64,000 nt of DNA from an uncultured delta proteobacterium (lineage in GTDB: Bacteria; Myxococcota_A; Polyangia; Polyangiales; Polyangiaceae): positions 1,373,297 through 1,437,296 of the forward strand of contig CAWHDJ010000018.1 of the NCBI GenBank assembly GCA_963827955.1. Reading direction: 5' to 3'. The position numbers and the translations under genes were made by a program. Below, piece after piece: positions 8,836-17,420 of this stretch. How positions within the stretch are numbered: position 1 is the stretch's first letter; the number at the start of each line of letters is the position of its first letter. The notes beneath the pieces are model-generated. The model did no database searches, was not told where the DNA came from, and saw nothing but the letters and a program-made list of their open reading frames with translations.

Positions 8836-10716
8836 ATGGGCTTCTGGGACAAGCTGAAGGCGATGATCGGCGGCGGCGGCGCGGGCGGCGACGAGCCCCC
8901 GGTCGACGACCTCACCCGCCGCGTCGAGGCGGTCGTCGTCCGCTACGTGACGCGCAAGGAGCCCTTCGAGGCGATCGTCGTCGCCGCCGAGGTCGCCGAC
9001 CCGCGCTCCATCACCGCCCTCGCCGCCGCGAGCGGCACCGTCGCGCGCCTCCACGACGAGGGCCGCTTCGAGCCCCTCGGCTATACCCGCACCAAGCTCG
9101 CGGACGGCAACTGGCTGTACCACCCGACGGGCTACTCCGTCGCGCTGTACCGCGGCTCCTCCGGCGCCTCCGCGCCCGCCGCGTCGCCCCCTCCCGCCTC
9201 GCCGCCCGTCCAGTCTCCCCGCGCGGCGCCCGCGCCGGGCCCCGCCGCCAAGCCCAGGGACCCGTTCGCGCCCGCCGAGGGCATCCTCGGCCTCTCCGCC
9301 GACGAGCTGCGCAAGCGCGCCCTCCGCATCAACCCGTACCAGACGGCGTGGATCGGCCGCACCGACACCATCCCCCCGCAGAGCGACGAGCGCACCGCCC
9401 TCATCGACCGCGGGCTCATCCTCCGCGGCCTGCTCACCGAGGCGCAGATCGCCGAGATCCACCGCGTCGGCGACCTCTGGCTCCGCCACCACGAGGCGGC
9501 CCGCATGGCCGCGGCGGTCGCCGCCGGCGCGGCCAACAAGGCCGTGGCGGACCTGGCCGCGGAGCGCGCCGCCAAGAAGGCCGAGAAGAAGCGCGAGGCC
9601 GCGGAGCGCGCCCGCCTCCGCGCCGAGGAGATCCTCCGGCGCAAGCGCGAGGACATCGTCTACCTCGGCGCCGGCGTCTCCAAGGGCCTCGCCGACCGCC
9701 GCGCCCACGTCGAGGAGCTCGCGCGCCGCGGCCTGCCCGTGCTCGCGTCGCCGGCCGACGTCGCCCGCGCGATGGGCATCCCGGTGCCCGAGCTGCGCTG
9801 GCTCTGCTTCCACGCCGAGGCCGCCGACAAGCCGCACTACGCCTACTTCGAGATCCCGAAGCGCAGCGGCGGCAAGCGCCTCCTCGCTGCGCCGCAGCCC
9901 CGCCTCGGCCGCGCCCAGGCCTGGGTCCTCCACGAGGTGCTGGAGAAGCTCCCGACGGAGGATCCGGCGCACGGCTTCGTCAAGGGCCGCTCCACCCTGA
10001 GCTGCGCCATCCCGCACGTCGGCAAGGGCGTCGTCGTCAACCTCGACCTCTCGGACTTCTTCCCCACCATCACGTTCGGCCGCGTCCGCGGCGTCTTCCA
10101 GCGCCTCGGCTACTCCCCCGCCGTCGCCACCGTCCTCGCCCTCCTCTGCACCGAGCCCCCGCGCGCCCCCGTCGAGTACGAAGGCCACCGCACCTGGGCC
10201 GCCGTCGGCCCCCGCGCGCTCCCCCAGGGCGCCTGCACCAGCCCCGCCCTCTCCAACCAGGTCGCGAGGAAGCTCGACCGCCGCCTGCGCGGCATGAGCC
10301 GGAAGCACGGCTTCACGTACACCCGCTACGCCGACGACCTCACCTTCTCCTCCCCGCGCGGCGAACGTCCGGCATCGGACGTCGCCATGCTCCTCGCCCG
10401 CGTCCGCCACATCGTCGGCGAGGAGGGCTTCGCCCTGAACCCCAAGAAGGGCCGCGTCCAGCGGGCCGGCGGCCGGCAGACGGTGACCGGCATCGTCGTG
10501 AACGACCGCCCCTCCGTCCCGCGGGACGAGGTGCGCCGCCTCCGCGCCATCTTGCACCTGGCGGCCAGCACCGGCCTCGCCGCGCAGAACCGCGAGGGCG
10601 TCCCGCACTTCGAGGCCCACGTCCGCGGCAAGCTCGCCTACCTCCACATGGTGGACCCGGAGAAGGCGGCGCCGATGCTCGCGCAGCTCGACGCGCTGGT
10701 CGCGGCGGGGCGCTGA
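8836..10716 (+). CDS. retron-type reverse transcriptase with ~290-aa N-terminal extension (626 aa)
   Basis: RT motifs read in the translation: YAYFEIPKRSGGKRLLAAP (domain 1), HGFVKGRS (domain 2), NLDLSDFFPTI (domain 3/A), LPQGACTSPALSN (domain 4/B'), YTRYADDLTF (catalytic YADD), and RQTVTGIVVN (VTG motif characteristic of retron/retron-like RTs). N-terminal 290 aa has no recognisable fold, then a Pro/Ala-rich linker and a basic coiled-coil (AERAAKKAEKKREAAERARLRAEEILRRKRED). Confidence 0.85.
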   Translation: MGFWDKLKAMIGGGGAGGDEPPVDDLTRRVEAVVVRYVTRKEPFEAIVVAAEVADPRSITALAAASGTVARLHDEGRFEPLGYTRTKLADGNWLYHPTGYSVALYRGSSGASAPAASPPPASPPVQSPRAAPAPGPAAKPRDPFAPAEGILGLSADELRKRALRINPYQTAWIGRTDTIPPQSDERTALIDRGLILRGLLTEAQIAEIHRVGDLWLRHHEAARMAAAVAAGAANKAVADLAAERAAKKAEKKREAAERARLRAEEILRRKREDIVYLGAGVSKGLADRRAHVEELARRGLPVLASPADVARAMGIPVPELRWLCFHAEAADKPHYAYFEIPKRSGGKRLLAAPQPRLGRAQAWVLHEVLEKLPTEDPAHGFVKGRSTLSCAIPHVGKGVVVNLDLSDFFPTITFGRVRGVFQRLGYSPAVATVLALLCTEPPRAPVEYEGHRTWAAVGPRALPQGACTSPALSNQVARKLDRRLRGMSRKHGFTYTRYADDLTFSSPRGERPASDVAMLLARVRHIVGEEGFALNPKKGRVQRAGGRQTVTGIVVNDRPSVPRDEVRRLRAILHLAASTGLAAQNREGVPHFEAHVRGKLAYLHMVDPEKAAPMLAQLDALVAAGR

Positions 10717-10726
10717 GCGGCACGAA

Positions 10727-10766
10727 AAGAGGACCGCAAGGGCGCAAGGGCGCAAGGAATTGGAGA
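10727..10766. repeat. left arm of long tandem-octamer palindrome 3' of RT (GAGGACC[GCAAGGGC]x3-like), interrupted by IS
   Basis: GAGGACCGCAAGGGCGCAAGGGCGCAAGGAATTGGAGA is the reverse complement of 12412-12452 (CCTTGCGAAACCCTTGCGTCCCTTGCGCCCTTGCGGCCTC). Removing the IS and one TTCA copy rebuilds a ~100-nt hairpin starting 10 nt after the RT stop codon. Confidence 0.75.
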
Positions 10767-10770
10767 TTCA

Positions 10771-12407
10771 ACGTACATTTCGGGCTCGGTGACGGGCCAG
10801 AGCGCCGGCGGGCGGATTTGACCCTCGATGCGCACCGCCGTCGCGTCGGTGCACCCTGCCGAGCATCCCGCGCCGACACGACCCCCTTACCCCCACACCG
10901 CACGAAGCTGTGATCTGCTCACTCCAGCAGCGGCGAGCCAGGCAGGAGGTGGAGCTTGCGCCCTCGACCTGAGCGCGAGAGGCGGCCGGGGACGCGCAGC
11001 AGCACGCGTCGTCGCCACGGCGTTCGCCAGCGGGCAAGGTGGGGGAACTGCTCGGTCGTGTATCGATCGAGCAGGTTGTGGGTGAGCATCTTGAGCAGGA
11101 ACATGGCGTGGTTGGCGGCGAAGCCATACGTCGAGCCGTGGGCGATGCCCCACGCGCCCTTGAACTCGGCGATCAGCGGCTCGATGCCGGCGCGCTGGTC
11201 GTAGTCCCAGGCGATGTCGTTGGCGTCGTCGGTGCGGTTGGTGAGGAACACCTGGACCGTCCAGTCGTGGCCGTCCAGCAGGGGCAACTGCCTGCCGTGG
11301 CGTTCGAGCGAGCGGACCACGATGACGCGGACATGGAGGCCCAGCTCACGCCAGCTCCCACGCACGAAGTCGACCTCGGCGATTTGTCGGATGGGCTGCT
11401 TCTCCGCATCGATGTCCACCGTCTTCCAGCTCTCCACCGCGAGGATGGCGTTGTAGAGGTCGTTGGTGACCCGTCCCTTGATGACGTAGAACGCCTGCGC
11501 TTCGTGCAGCGCATGGAGCACCTCGGCGCAGTCACCCGCCGAGTCGATCCGCACGCAGAGCGAGCTGCCACGCCGGAGCTTCTTCTGCGCACGCTTCACC
11601 CAGCGCGTCAGCGTCGCCGTGTCGTCCGCCCCAAAGCCCGTGTTGCCCGGCCGGAGCTGCGCCCCGACGATGGTGTCCGTCTCGGCGATGCGCGCGATCA
11701 TCGGGTGGTAACTCGGCCGCCCGTGGTAGCGCGGGTTCGGGCCGGGCAAGGCGCCTTCGAGCTCGCCGAAGACGGGCAGAACCGAAGTGTCCACGTCGAG
11801 GTGCACGAACGTTCCCCGGAGCTGCGGCACGCGGACGAGGCCGTGCTCGGCCACCATGCCCTCGAGGTCGGAGAGCGCTCGATTGTCGAACCGCGCGAGA
11901 TCGTCGTAGAGCGTGTCGATGCTCGGGACGACACCGCCCGCCAGGTGCGTGAACAGCGGGTCGGCCGCGAGGGCCTCGACGCCGAAGACGCGAGGCTCGC
12001 CCACGGCGACCGCGTCCATGAGCAGCCGCATCTGCGCGCCCATGGGGTAGACGACGCGTGGCCCGGCCTTGAGCCTGCCGAGCTTCTCGCGCAGCTCGCG
12101 ATCGACGCCGAGGTGGCGCAGGTGCACCCCGAACCCGACGAGGCCGGCGACGCCCGTCAGGTTGGGATCGGGTGCGCCCGCGCGGATCGTCGCTGGGTCC
12201 GGGCGCTGCACCCGCCGCCGTCGTTCATTGCCATCGCCACGCTTGCCTCCCGTCGCATCCCGCCGCACCTTGGAGGTGCTCGGCGCTCTCTTGCTTCTTT
12301 TCATCGCAAGAACGGATGTAGGGAGCGCCGAGCTTATTTTCTCGGAAAAAACAGACGATCGGTGCTCAGCACCCGCTCACGCGGTGCTACGCAGCCCGAA
12401 CTCCACG
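10771..12407 (-). mobile_element. IS1380-like insertion sequence, copy 2 (complete, 1637 bp) with 4-bp target-site duplication TTCA
   Basis: Termini ACGTACATTTCGGGCTCGGTGAC… / …GCTACGCAGCCCGAACTCCACG (imperfect IR ACGT-ACATTTCGGGCT vs CGTGGAGTTCGGGCT). TTCA at 10767-10770 and 12408-12411. Confidence 0.85.
10919..12304 (-). CDS. IS1380/IS4-superfamily DDE transposase (461 aa, intact)
   Basis: Single uninterrupted ORF. The same protein is split or frameshifted in copies 1 and 3. YDQRAGIEPLIAEFK motif present. Confidence 0.85.
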   Translation of the reverse strand: MKRSKRAPSTSKVRRDATGGKRGDGNERRRRVQRPDPATIRAGAPDPNLTGVAGLVGFGVHLRHLGVDRELREKLGRLKAGPRVVYPMGAQMRLLMDAVAVGEPRVFGVEALAADPLFTHLAGGVVPSIDTLYDDLARFDNRALSDLEGMVAEHGLVRVPQLRGTFVHLDVDTSVLPVFGELEGALPGPNPRYHGRPSYHPMIARIAETDTIVGAQLRPGNTGFGADDTATLTRWVKRAQKKLRRGSSLCVRIDSAGDCAEVLHALHEAQAFYVIKGRVTNDLYNAILAVESWKTVDIDAEKQPIRQIAEVDFVRGSWRELGLHVRVIVVRSLERHGRQLPLLDGHDWTVQVFLTNRTDDANDIAWDYDQRAGIEPLIAEFKGAWGIAHGSTYGFAANHAMFLLKMLTHNLLDRYTTEQFPHLARWRTPWRRRVLLRVPGRLSRSGRGRKLHLLPGSPLLE

Positions 12408-12411
12408 TTCA

Positions 12412-12464
12412 ATCCTTGCGAAACCCTTGCGTCCCTTGCGCCCTTGCGGCCTCTTCTCTTTCTC
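12412..12464. repeat. right arm of the tandem-octamer palindrome (complement of 10727-10766)
   Basis: See 10727-10766. Ends at the GTG start of the GNAT gene. Confidence 0.75.
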
Positions 12465-12989
12465 GTGACGCCAATCGACGTTCCCTCCATCGACACCGAG
12501 CGCCTCACGCTGCGCGGCCACCGCCTCGATGACTTCGCCGACTCCCTGGCCCTCTGGTCGGATCCCGAGGTCACGCGCCACATCGGTGGCCGCCCGAGTA
12601 CGGAGGAGGAGGTCTGGGCCAGGCTCCTCCGGTACGTGGGGCACTGGTCGCTGCTCGGGTTCGGCTACTGGGTGGTGCGGGAGAAGGGCTCGGGGCGCTT
12701 CGTCGGCGAGGTCGGCTTCGCCGACTTCCACCGGGACATGGACCCTCCGCTCGGGCCCGCGCCGGAGGCCGGCTGGGTGCTCGCGCCCGCCGCGCACGGG
12801 AAGGGATACGCGACCGAGGCCGCGCGCGCGGCCCTCGCGTGGGGCGAGGCGCGCCTCGGCTGGGCGCGGACCGTGTGCATCATCGACCCGGAGAACGCGC
12901 CCTCCCTCCGCGTCGCCGACAAGTGCGGGTTCCGCGAGATCCACCGCGCGACGTACAAGGGCGGTCCCGCCGTCGTCTTCGCGCGCTGA
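12465..12989 (+). CDS. GNAT-family N-acetyltransferase (RimJ/RimL-like, 174 aa)
   Basis: …RLTLRGHRLDDFADSLALWSDPEVTRHIGG…GYWVVREKGSGRFVGEVGF…GWVLAPAAHGKGYATEAARAALAWGE… is typical of Acetyltransf_3. GTG start immediately after the palindrome; the upstream part of ORF 12069.. lies inside the IS. Confidence 0.75.
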   Translation: MTPIDVPSIDTERLTLRGHRLDDFADSLALWSDPEVTRHIGGRPSTEEEVWARLLRYVGHWSLLGFGYWVVREKGSGRFVGEVGFADFHRDMDPPLGPAPEAGWVLAPAAHGKGYATEAARAALAWGEARLGWARTVCIIDPENAPSLRVADKCGFREIHRATYKGGPAVVFAR

Positions 12990-13026
12990 GCCCCCGGCGT
13001 CCGCGGGCGGGACCGGAGCCGCGCCG

Positions 13027-13752
13027 TCAGGGCCCGAGCTCGAGCAGCTTCGGCGCCTCGGGGGTGCCCCACGCCCCGCAGCGCCGCTCCTTCGTCCTCC
13101 GCGGCGTGTCGCAGCGCGAGACGTCGACGTAGAAGCGCGTCCCCGGCGTCGCCGCCAGGCCGAGCGAAGCGAGCGGGATGGCCGCCTCGACCACCCATTC
13201 CTCGTCGTCCTGGCCCGTCGGATCGTTCAGCGTCCCGTCGAGGTCGACGCCCAGCTCGATCCCGCTCTCCCACGACACGTCCGGCTTGCCGCCCGGCGGC
13301 ACCCTCGCGTCCGTCACCGTCCCGGCGGGGTTGATGTCGAACGAGTAGGTGGGCGCCGCGCCCCCGTCGGCGGAGGCGGGCCGGATGTGGAGCGAGAAGG
13401 CGTCGTCGATCCACACCGGCCCGTCGTGCTGTTTCACCTTCGCGTTGATGTCGTTGTCGGCTGCGTAGAGGTACACGTACAGGTTGTTCGCGTCCCACAT
13501 GAAGCGGGACTCGGAGTAGGGAATCGCCTCCTGCCCCCGCGCGTCGACGAAGTGGCCGGCGCGCGTCGCGATCGCGTTCCACGCCGGCTCGTTCGCCTCG
13601 CCGTCGGGCTTGACGGGCGCCGTCGTGCGCGCGACACGGAGCGCCGCGGGAGCAGCGGCGGCGGCGGGAGGCGCGGGCTTGTCCTGCGCGCGCTTGCAGC
13701 CGAGGAGCGCGCCGGCGAGGAGCGCCGCGGAGAAGAGCGGAGCGAGCTTCAC
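13027..13752 (-). CDS. lipoprotein with CBM9/DOMON-like carbohydrate-binding-type domain
   Basis: GTG start VKLAPLFSAALLAGALLGC (lipobox LLGC), then …WNAIATRAGHFVDARGQEAIPYSESRFMWDANNLYVYLYAADNDINA…. The GTG overlaps the upstream gene's TGA (GTGA), suggesting translational coupling. Confidence 0.7.
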   Translation of the reverse strand: MKLAPLFSAALLAGALLGCKRAQDKPAPPAAAAAPAALRVARTTAPVKPDGEANEPAWNAIATRAGHFVDARGQEAIPYSESRFMWDANNLYVYLYAADNDINAKVKQHDGPVWIDDAFSLHIRPASADGGAAPTYSFDINPAGTVTDARVPPGGKPDVSWESGIELGVDLDGTLNDPTGQDDEEWVVEAAIPLASLGLAATPGTRFYVDVSRCDTPRRTKERRCGAWGTPEAPKLLELGP

Positions 13753-14777
13753 TTGGAGAGGTTGTAGTTCTGCACGACCTGATTGCTCATGTAGTCGTAC
13801 TCGTCGAAGTTGATCGTCCGGTTCGGCTGCTGCGACGCGATCACGTACCCGTAGTTGAGATGGCCGGAGAGCGGGGCGCCGCCGTTGCCGACGATCATCT
13901 GCCGCTCGCTCCCGTAGAACTCGAAGGTGTGCGTGTGGCCCGCGATGAGGAGCGTGAGCGGGTGGCTCGACAGGATCGACGTCATCGGCGTCACGCAGGG
14001 CGCGGTCGTCGCGTCGTTCCCCTCGTGCCGCACCACGAACGTGTAGGTCGTCGGCTTCGCCAGCTCGCCGTCGAGCCACGTCGCCTGCGTCTGGTCCCAC
14101 GCGTTGCACGCGACCATCACGAACTTCGCCGTCCAGGCGTCGTTGGTCCCGTTCACGTCGATGCTGTAGTACGGCAACGTCGTCTGCCCGATGGGCGCCA
14201 GCATCATCGACATGAAGTTCGTGTAATTCGTCGTGATGCCGTCCTTGTTCCCCTGTCCGCAGTTCGAGTCCGTGTAGCCGGTGCACTCGTGGTTTCCCAT
14301 CACGGGGAAGACGATGTTCGAGAAGGTCTGGCGCGCGCTCAGGTACGCTTGGAGCTGCGGCTTCGACTGCGTGCCGAACGGGTTCGCGTACTGGTAATCG
14401 CCCGTGGTGACCGCGAAGGCCGGCTTCGGGCTGTGCGCCTCGACGTCCTGCCAGATCTGGGTGATGACCGCGGTGGGGTATCCTGCTGTGTCATCCTCGT
14501 TCGCTGGGCGCGTGTCGCCGACGACGGCGAAGGTGAGCGTGTCGAGCGTCCCCCCGTTCGGCCCGATCGTGCCGACGGGCCCCCCCGAGCTGCTGGCGCT
14601 GGTCGTGCTGCTGGCGGCGCTGCTGGAGCTGCTGGTCGCGGTGCTCGACACGGTCGCCGTGCTCGACGACGCCGTGGATCCCGCCGTCCCCGAGGAGGTC
14701 TCGGTCCCGGCGCTCGAGCAAGCGACGACGACGGCCGCGGCAGCCGCCGCGACCAAGAGCGCACGAAGGTATTTCAT
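13749..14777 (-). CDS. lipoprotein, calcineurin-like metallophosphoesterase
   Basis: Signal plus lipobox (VVVACSS), Ser/Thr-rich linker, then phosphoesterase motifs VVGDTRP, MGNHE, AGHTHT. Confidence 0.8.
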   Translation of the reverse strand: MKYLRALLVAAAAAAVVVACSSAGTETSSGTAGSTASSSTATVSSTATSSSSSAASSTTSASSSGGPVGTIGPNGGTLDTLTFAVVGDTRPANEDDTAGYPTAVITQIWQDVEAHSPKPAFAVTTGDYQYANPFGTQSKPQLQAYLSARQTFSNIVFPVMGNHECTGYTDSNCGQGNKDGITTNYTNFMSMMLAPIGQTTLPYYSIDVNGTNDAWTAKFVMVACNAWDQTQATWLDGELAKPTTYTFVVRHEGNDATTAPCVTPMTSILSSHPLTLLIAGHTHTFEFYGSERQMIVGNGGAPLSGHLNYGYVIASQQPNRTINFDEYDYMSNQVVQNYNLSK

Positions 14778-14869
14778 GTCGAGGAGATGTCCGCTGGGTT
14801 ACTGGAGGGGGTCAAGCCCCCTCCAGCCACCCTTATCGAGCTTCGTAAGCTCGCGCAACGGCTGGAAAA

Positions 14870-15625
14870 TTACATGCAGCCGCCGACGTCGTTGCCCGCC
14901 TTGCCGAACGGCGTGCAGGTCATCCCGCTGGGGCACTCGGAGTCGCTGGTGCACAGGGTGATTCCGGTGCAGCTCCCCGCGGCGACGCAGGCGGTGCCCG
15001 TCATCTTGTGCGCGAAGTTGCCGCAGCCCGGGGTGCCCAGGCCGATGCTCGCGCCGGGGGCGCAGCAGACCTGACCCGAGGGGCAGTCCGACACCGGATC
15101 CTCGCAACCCCAGTCGGTCGAGCCCGTGGGGCACGCCGTGCCCGTGGCCGTGCACGCCGACGGCTCCGTCGCGCCCTCCGGCGTCTCGCAGCAGTGCTGC
15201 GTCTCCGGAGTACAGTACTCGTTCTTGCCGCCGTCGGTCGTGGCGCTGAACGGGCAGTAGATGGTGCCCGGGCCCGCGTCGAGGTTCGGCGGGTGCAGGG
15301 TGGTGACCTTGCTGCACTCGCCGCTGCTGCTGCTGCTCGTGGTCGTCGTCGTCGTGCCGCCGGCGCCGGTCGTGCTGGCCGCCGTGCTGGTGCCGCCCAT
15401 GCCGGTCGTGGTCGTGGCGGGGCTGCTGCCGCCCATGCCCGTGGTCGTGCTGGGCGAGCCCGTGGTCGTGCTGGGCGAGCCCGTGGTCGTGCTGGGCGAG
15501 CCCGTCGTCGACGACCCGGCCGTGCCGCTGACGCCCGTCCCGCCGCCGCCCGAGCTACACGCCACCCCGCTGACCCCACCCACCAAGCCGAGGAGCGCCC
15601 CGGCGATAAGCAACTGCTTGTTCAT
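14870..15625 (-). CDS. Cys-rich secreted lipoprotein with TGSPSTT repeats
   Basis: MNKQLLIAGALLGLVGGVSGVACSS lipobox, 3x TGSPSTTTG repeats, C-terminal domain with >20 Cys. Confidence 0.75.
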   Translation of the reverse strand: MNKQLLIAGALLGLVGGVSGVACSSGGGGTGVSGTAGSSTTGSPSTTTGSPSTTTGSPSTTTGMGGSSPATTTTGMGGTSTAASTTGAGGTTTTTTSSSSSGECSKVTTLHPPNLDAGPGTIYCPFSATTDGGKNEYCTPETQHCCETPEGATEPSACTATGTACPTGSTDWGCEDPVSDCPSGQVCCAPGASIGLGTPGCGNFAHKMTGTACVAAGSCTGITLCTSDSECPSGMTCTPFGKAGNDVGGCM

Positions 15626-15814
15626 CGAAAAAACCTCCGAAACTCTTTTGCGGCGCGGACCCTAGAGGATTTCTCGAACGCTGTCGCCCCCCTTTCTCAC
15701 GGGGGCGAAGTGGCCCTGGGGCGCGGTGCCGAGGGCCCGTGTCGTGAGCTCGAAGAAGGCCGCTAGCTTCGAGTGTTTACGTCACGAAGACTCCACCAAG
15801 ACGGCTCCCGTCGA

Positions 15815-17135
15815 TCATTGCGTTTGGCCCGCTACAGGCTCACGAACGCCTGGTATCCCACGTCCGCAGTGTCGCCCACCGCGAGGAGGGCCGCGGCGCA
15901 GGGCCGCACGATTCTCGTCGAGCGCGCGGGCGGTCGCGGCGCGCAGCGTCGGAGCGTCGAGGCGGCCGTGGGCGGCGAGCACGGACGCGTCGACTTCGGC
16001 GCCCTCCGCAGGGAAGGCGAGGGGCGCGGTGAAGGCCTCCTCGACCGCGGCGCGCACGGGAGCGCCGCCTCGCTGCAGCGCCCAGGCGACGGTGCGCCAC
16101 GCGAGCGCCGCATGGCGGGACTCGTCCTCCGCGATCCTCGCGAGCGCGGCGCGGACCGCCGGGTCCTCGGCCCGCGCGAGCTGCTCTGCGGCTTGCACCC
16201 GCGGCGAGCGTCTCACCGACGCAGCCCTCGCGCACGGCCCGCGCCGCGATGGCGCAGAGGTCCGCGCTCACCTCGACGCGCCCATCGAAGGGGAAGGGCG
16301 CGGGCGCGATCGGCTCGCCAGCGTAGGCGCCCGCGAGGCCCAGGCAGAGGCGCGCGTGCTCGATCTCGTCGAGCGCCGCGCGGTGGGTCTCGGCGACGAG
16401 ATCGGCCGGTGCGCCCGCCGCGAGCAGCTCCAGCGCGACCCGGCCGAACGCGGCGACCGACGCGTGCTCCACGAGCCCGTCGGACGTCCAGGCGGCCGCG
16501 AGGCGAGGCTCGCTGTGCGGGGGAGAGGGCGTCGACGTGGGGAGCGGCCGCGGCGGCGCTCCAGGCGCCCGCGGGCGCGTCGCGCCGCGGGGCGGCGGTG
16601 CGCGCGGTGGTGCCCTCGATGTACGGGCGGCCGGAGAGGATGGCGGACGAGCCCCCGACCTCGACCTCGTAGCAGCAGTAGCCGTCGCGGTAGCTGCCGT
16701 CCGTCAGGACCGTGAACGACCCACTGCCGACGTTGGAGAGGTACATGGGGGCCTCGCTCTGCGAGGGGCACACCGTGCCGGCGTCGTCCTGGGGCCAGGC
16801 GAAGCAGCTTTGCTGGGTCGACGCCCCACCGGCGCCGGAGCCGCCGCTGCCGTCGACGCCCCACCCGCCGATGAGGGCGGCGGCGAAGGGGAGCGAGAGC
16901 GCGGTGGCCTGAAGGATGCGGACGCAGAGGGTGGCCGCGCGGGCGGTCGGCCAGTCGACGCGGCCCTGGTAGTACGAGACTCGACGCCGCGCACCCGCTC
17001 GCGCCCCATCGGCCCCGAGGGAGGGCAGCGGCCGAGCGCCTCGTCCTCGGCGCCGAGGTGCTCGGCGGGCGGTGCCGGGCCGGGGGCGCAGGTGGTGAGG
17101 GCGAGGAGCACGGCGCCAATCGCGGGAGGCTTCAC
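15815..17135 (-). CDS. secreted ferritin-like (diiron EExxH) domain protein; reading frame switches >=3 times (pseudogene or indel errors)
   Basis: GTG start with lipoprotein signal VKPPAIGAVLLALTTC. Protein-like segments lie in three frames: …YLSNVGSGSFTVLTDGSYRDGYCCYEVEV…; …EHASVAAFGRVALELLAAG…DEIEHARLCLG…; …AEDESRHAALAWRTVAWAL…. Confidence 0.5.
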
Positions 17136-17207
17136 CGCTCCAGCGTAGCGGGGCCCGCGCGGCGTGGCCGGGAGAGCACGTTCCCGTCGGCCACGCGAGG
17201 AGGGTGC

Positions 17208-17420
17208 TAAATCACCGAGCACGATCCTCGTTCAAGGAGCCGGGAGCAACGTATGGAACCCCGGGCGTGAGCCCGCGGACCGGAGCCGCGCGCGTCAGCA
17301 CGCGGAGGCCGCGGCACAGCCCCTGACGTCATGGTCCCCGCGCTCACGCGCGAGGCTCCGGTCCGCGGGCTCACGCCCGTGGGTTCCATCGTTGTGTCAG
17401 GATCGCGCTCGGTGATTTAG
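17208..17420. repeat. MITE2 copy 1 (~213 bp palindromic element, TIR CTAAATCACCGAGC(A/G)CGATCCT)
   Basis: Reverse complement of 27885-28100 at roughly 90% identity. Long internal palindrome around CCGCGGACCGGAGCCGCG. Confidence 0.8.

Noticed and set aside
8836-10716. Group II intron maturase/RT alternative for the RT
   Set aside because: No intron RNA domains, no maturase X or endonuclease domains. The YxxFxIPK and VTG motifs point to the retron/retron-like clade.
10727-12464. Interpretation of the split palindrome as a definite retron msd
   Set aside because: Not enough room for msr plus a1/a2 between the RT stop and the hairpin. A similar tandem-octamer hairpin at 46781 is clearly just a 3' terminator-like element. 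Kept only as a lower-probability hypothesis.
12387-13582. Minus-strand ORFs 12387-12944 and 12665-13582
   Set aside because: Antisense to the GNAT gene and the intergenic region. Low-complexity Arg/Gly-rich translations.
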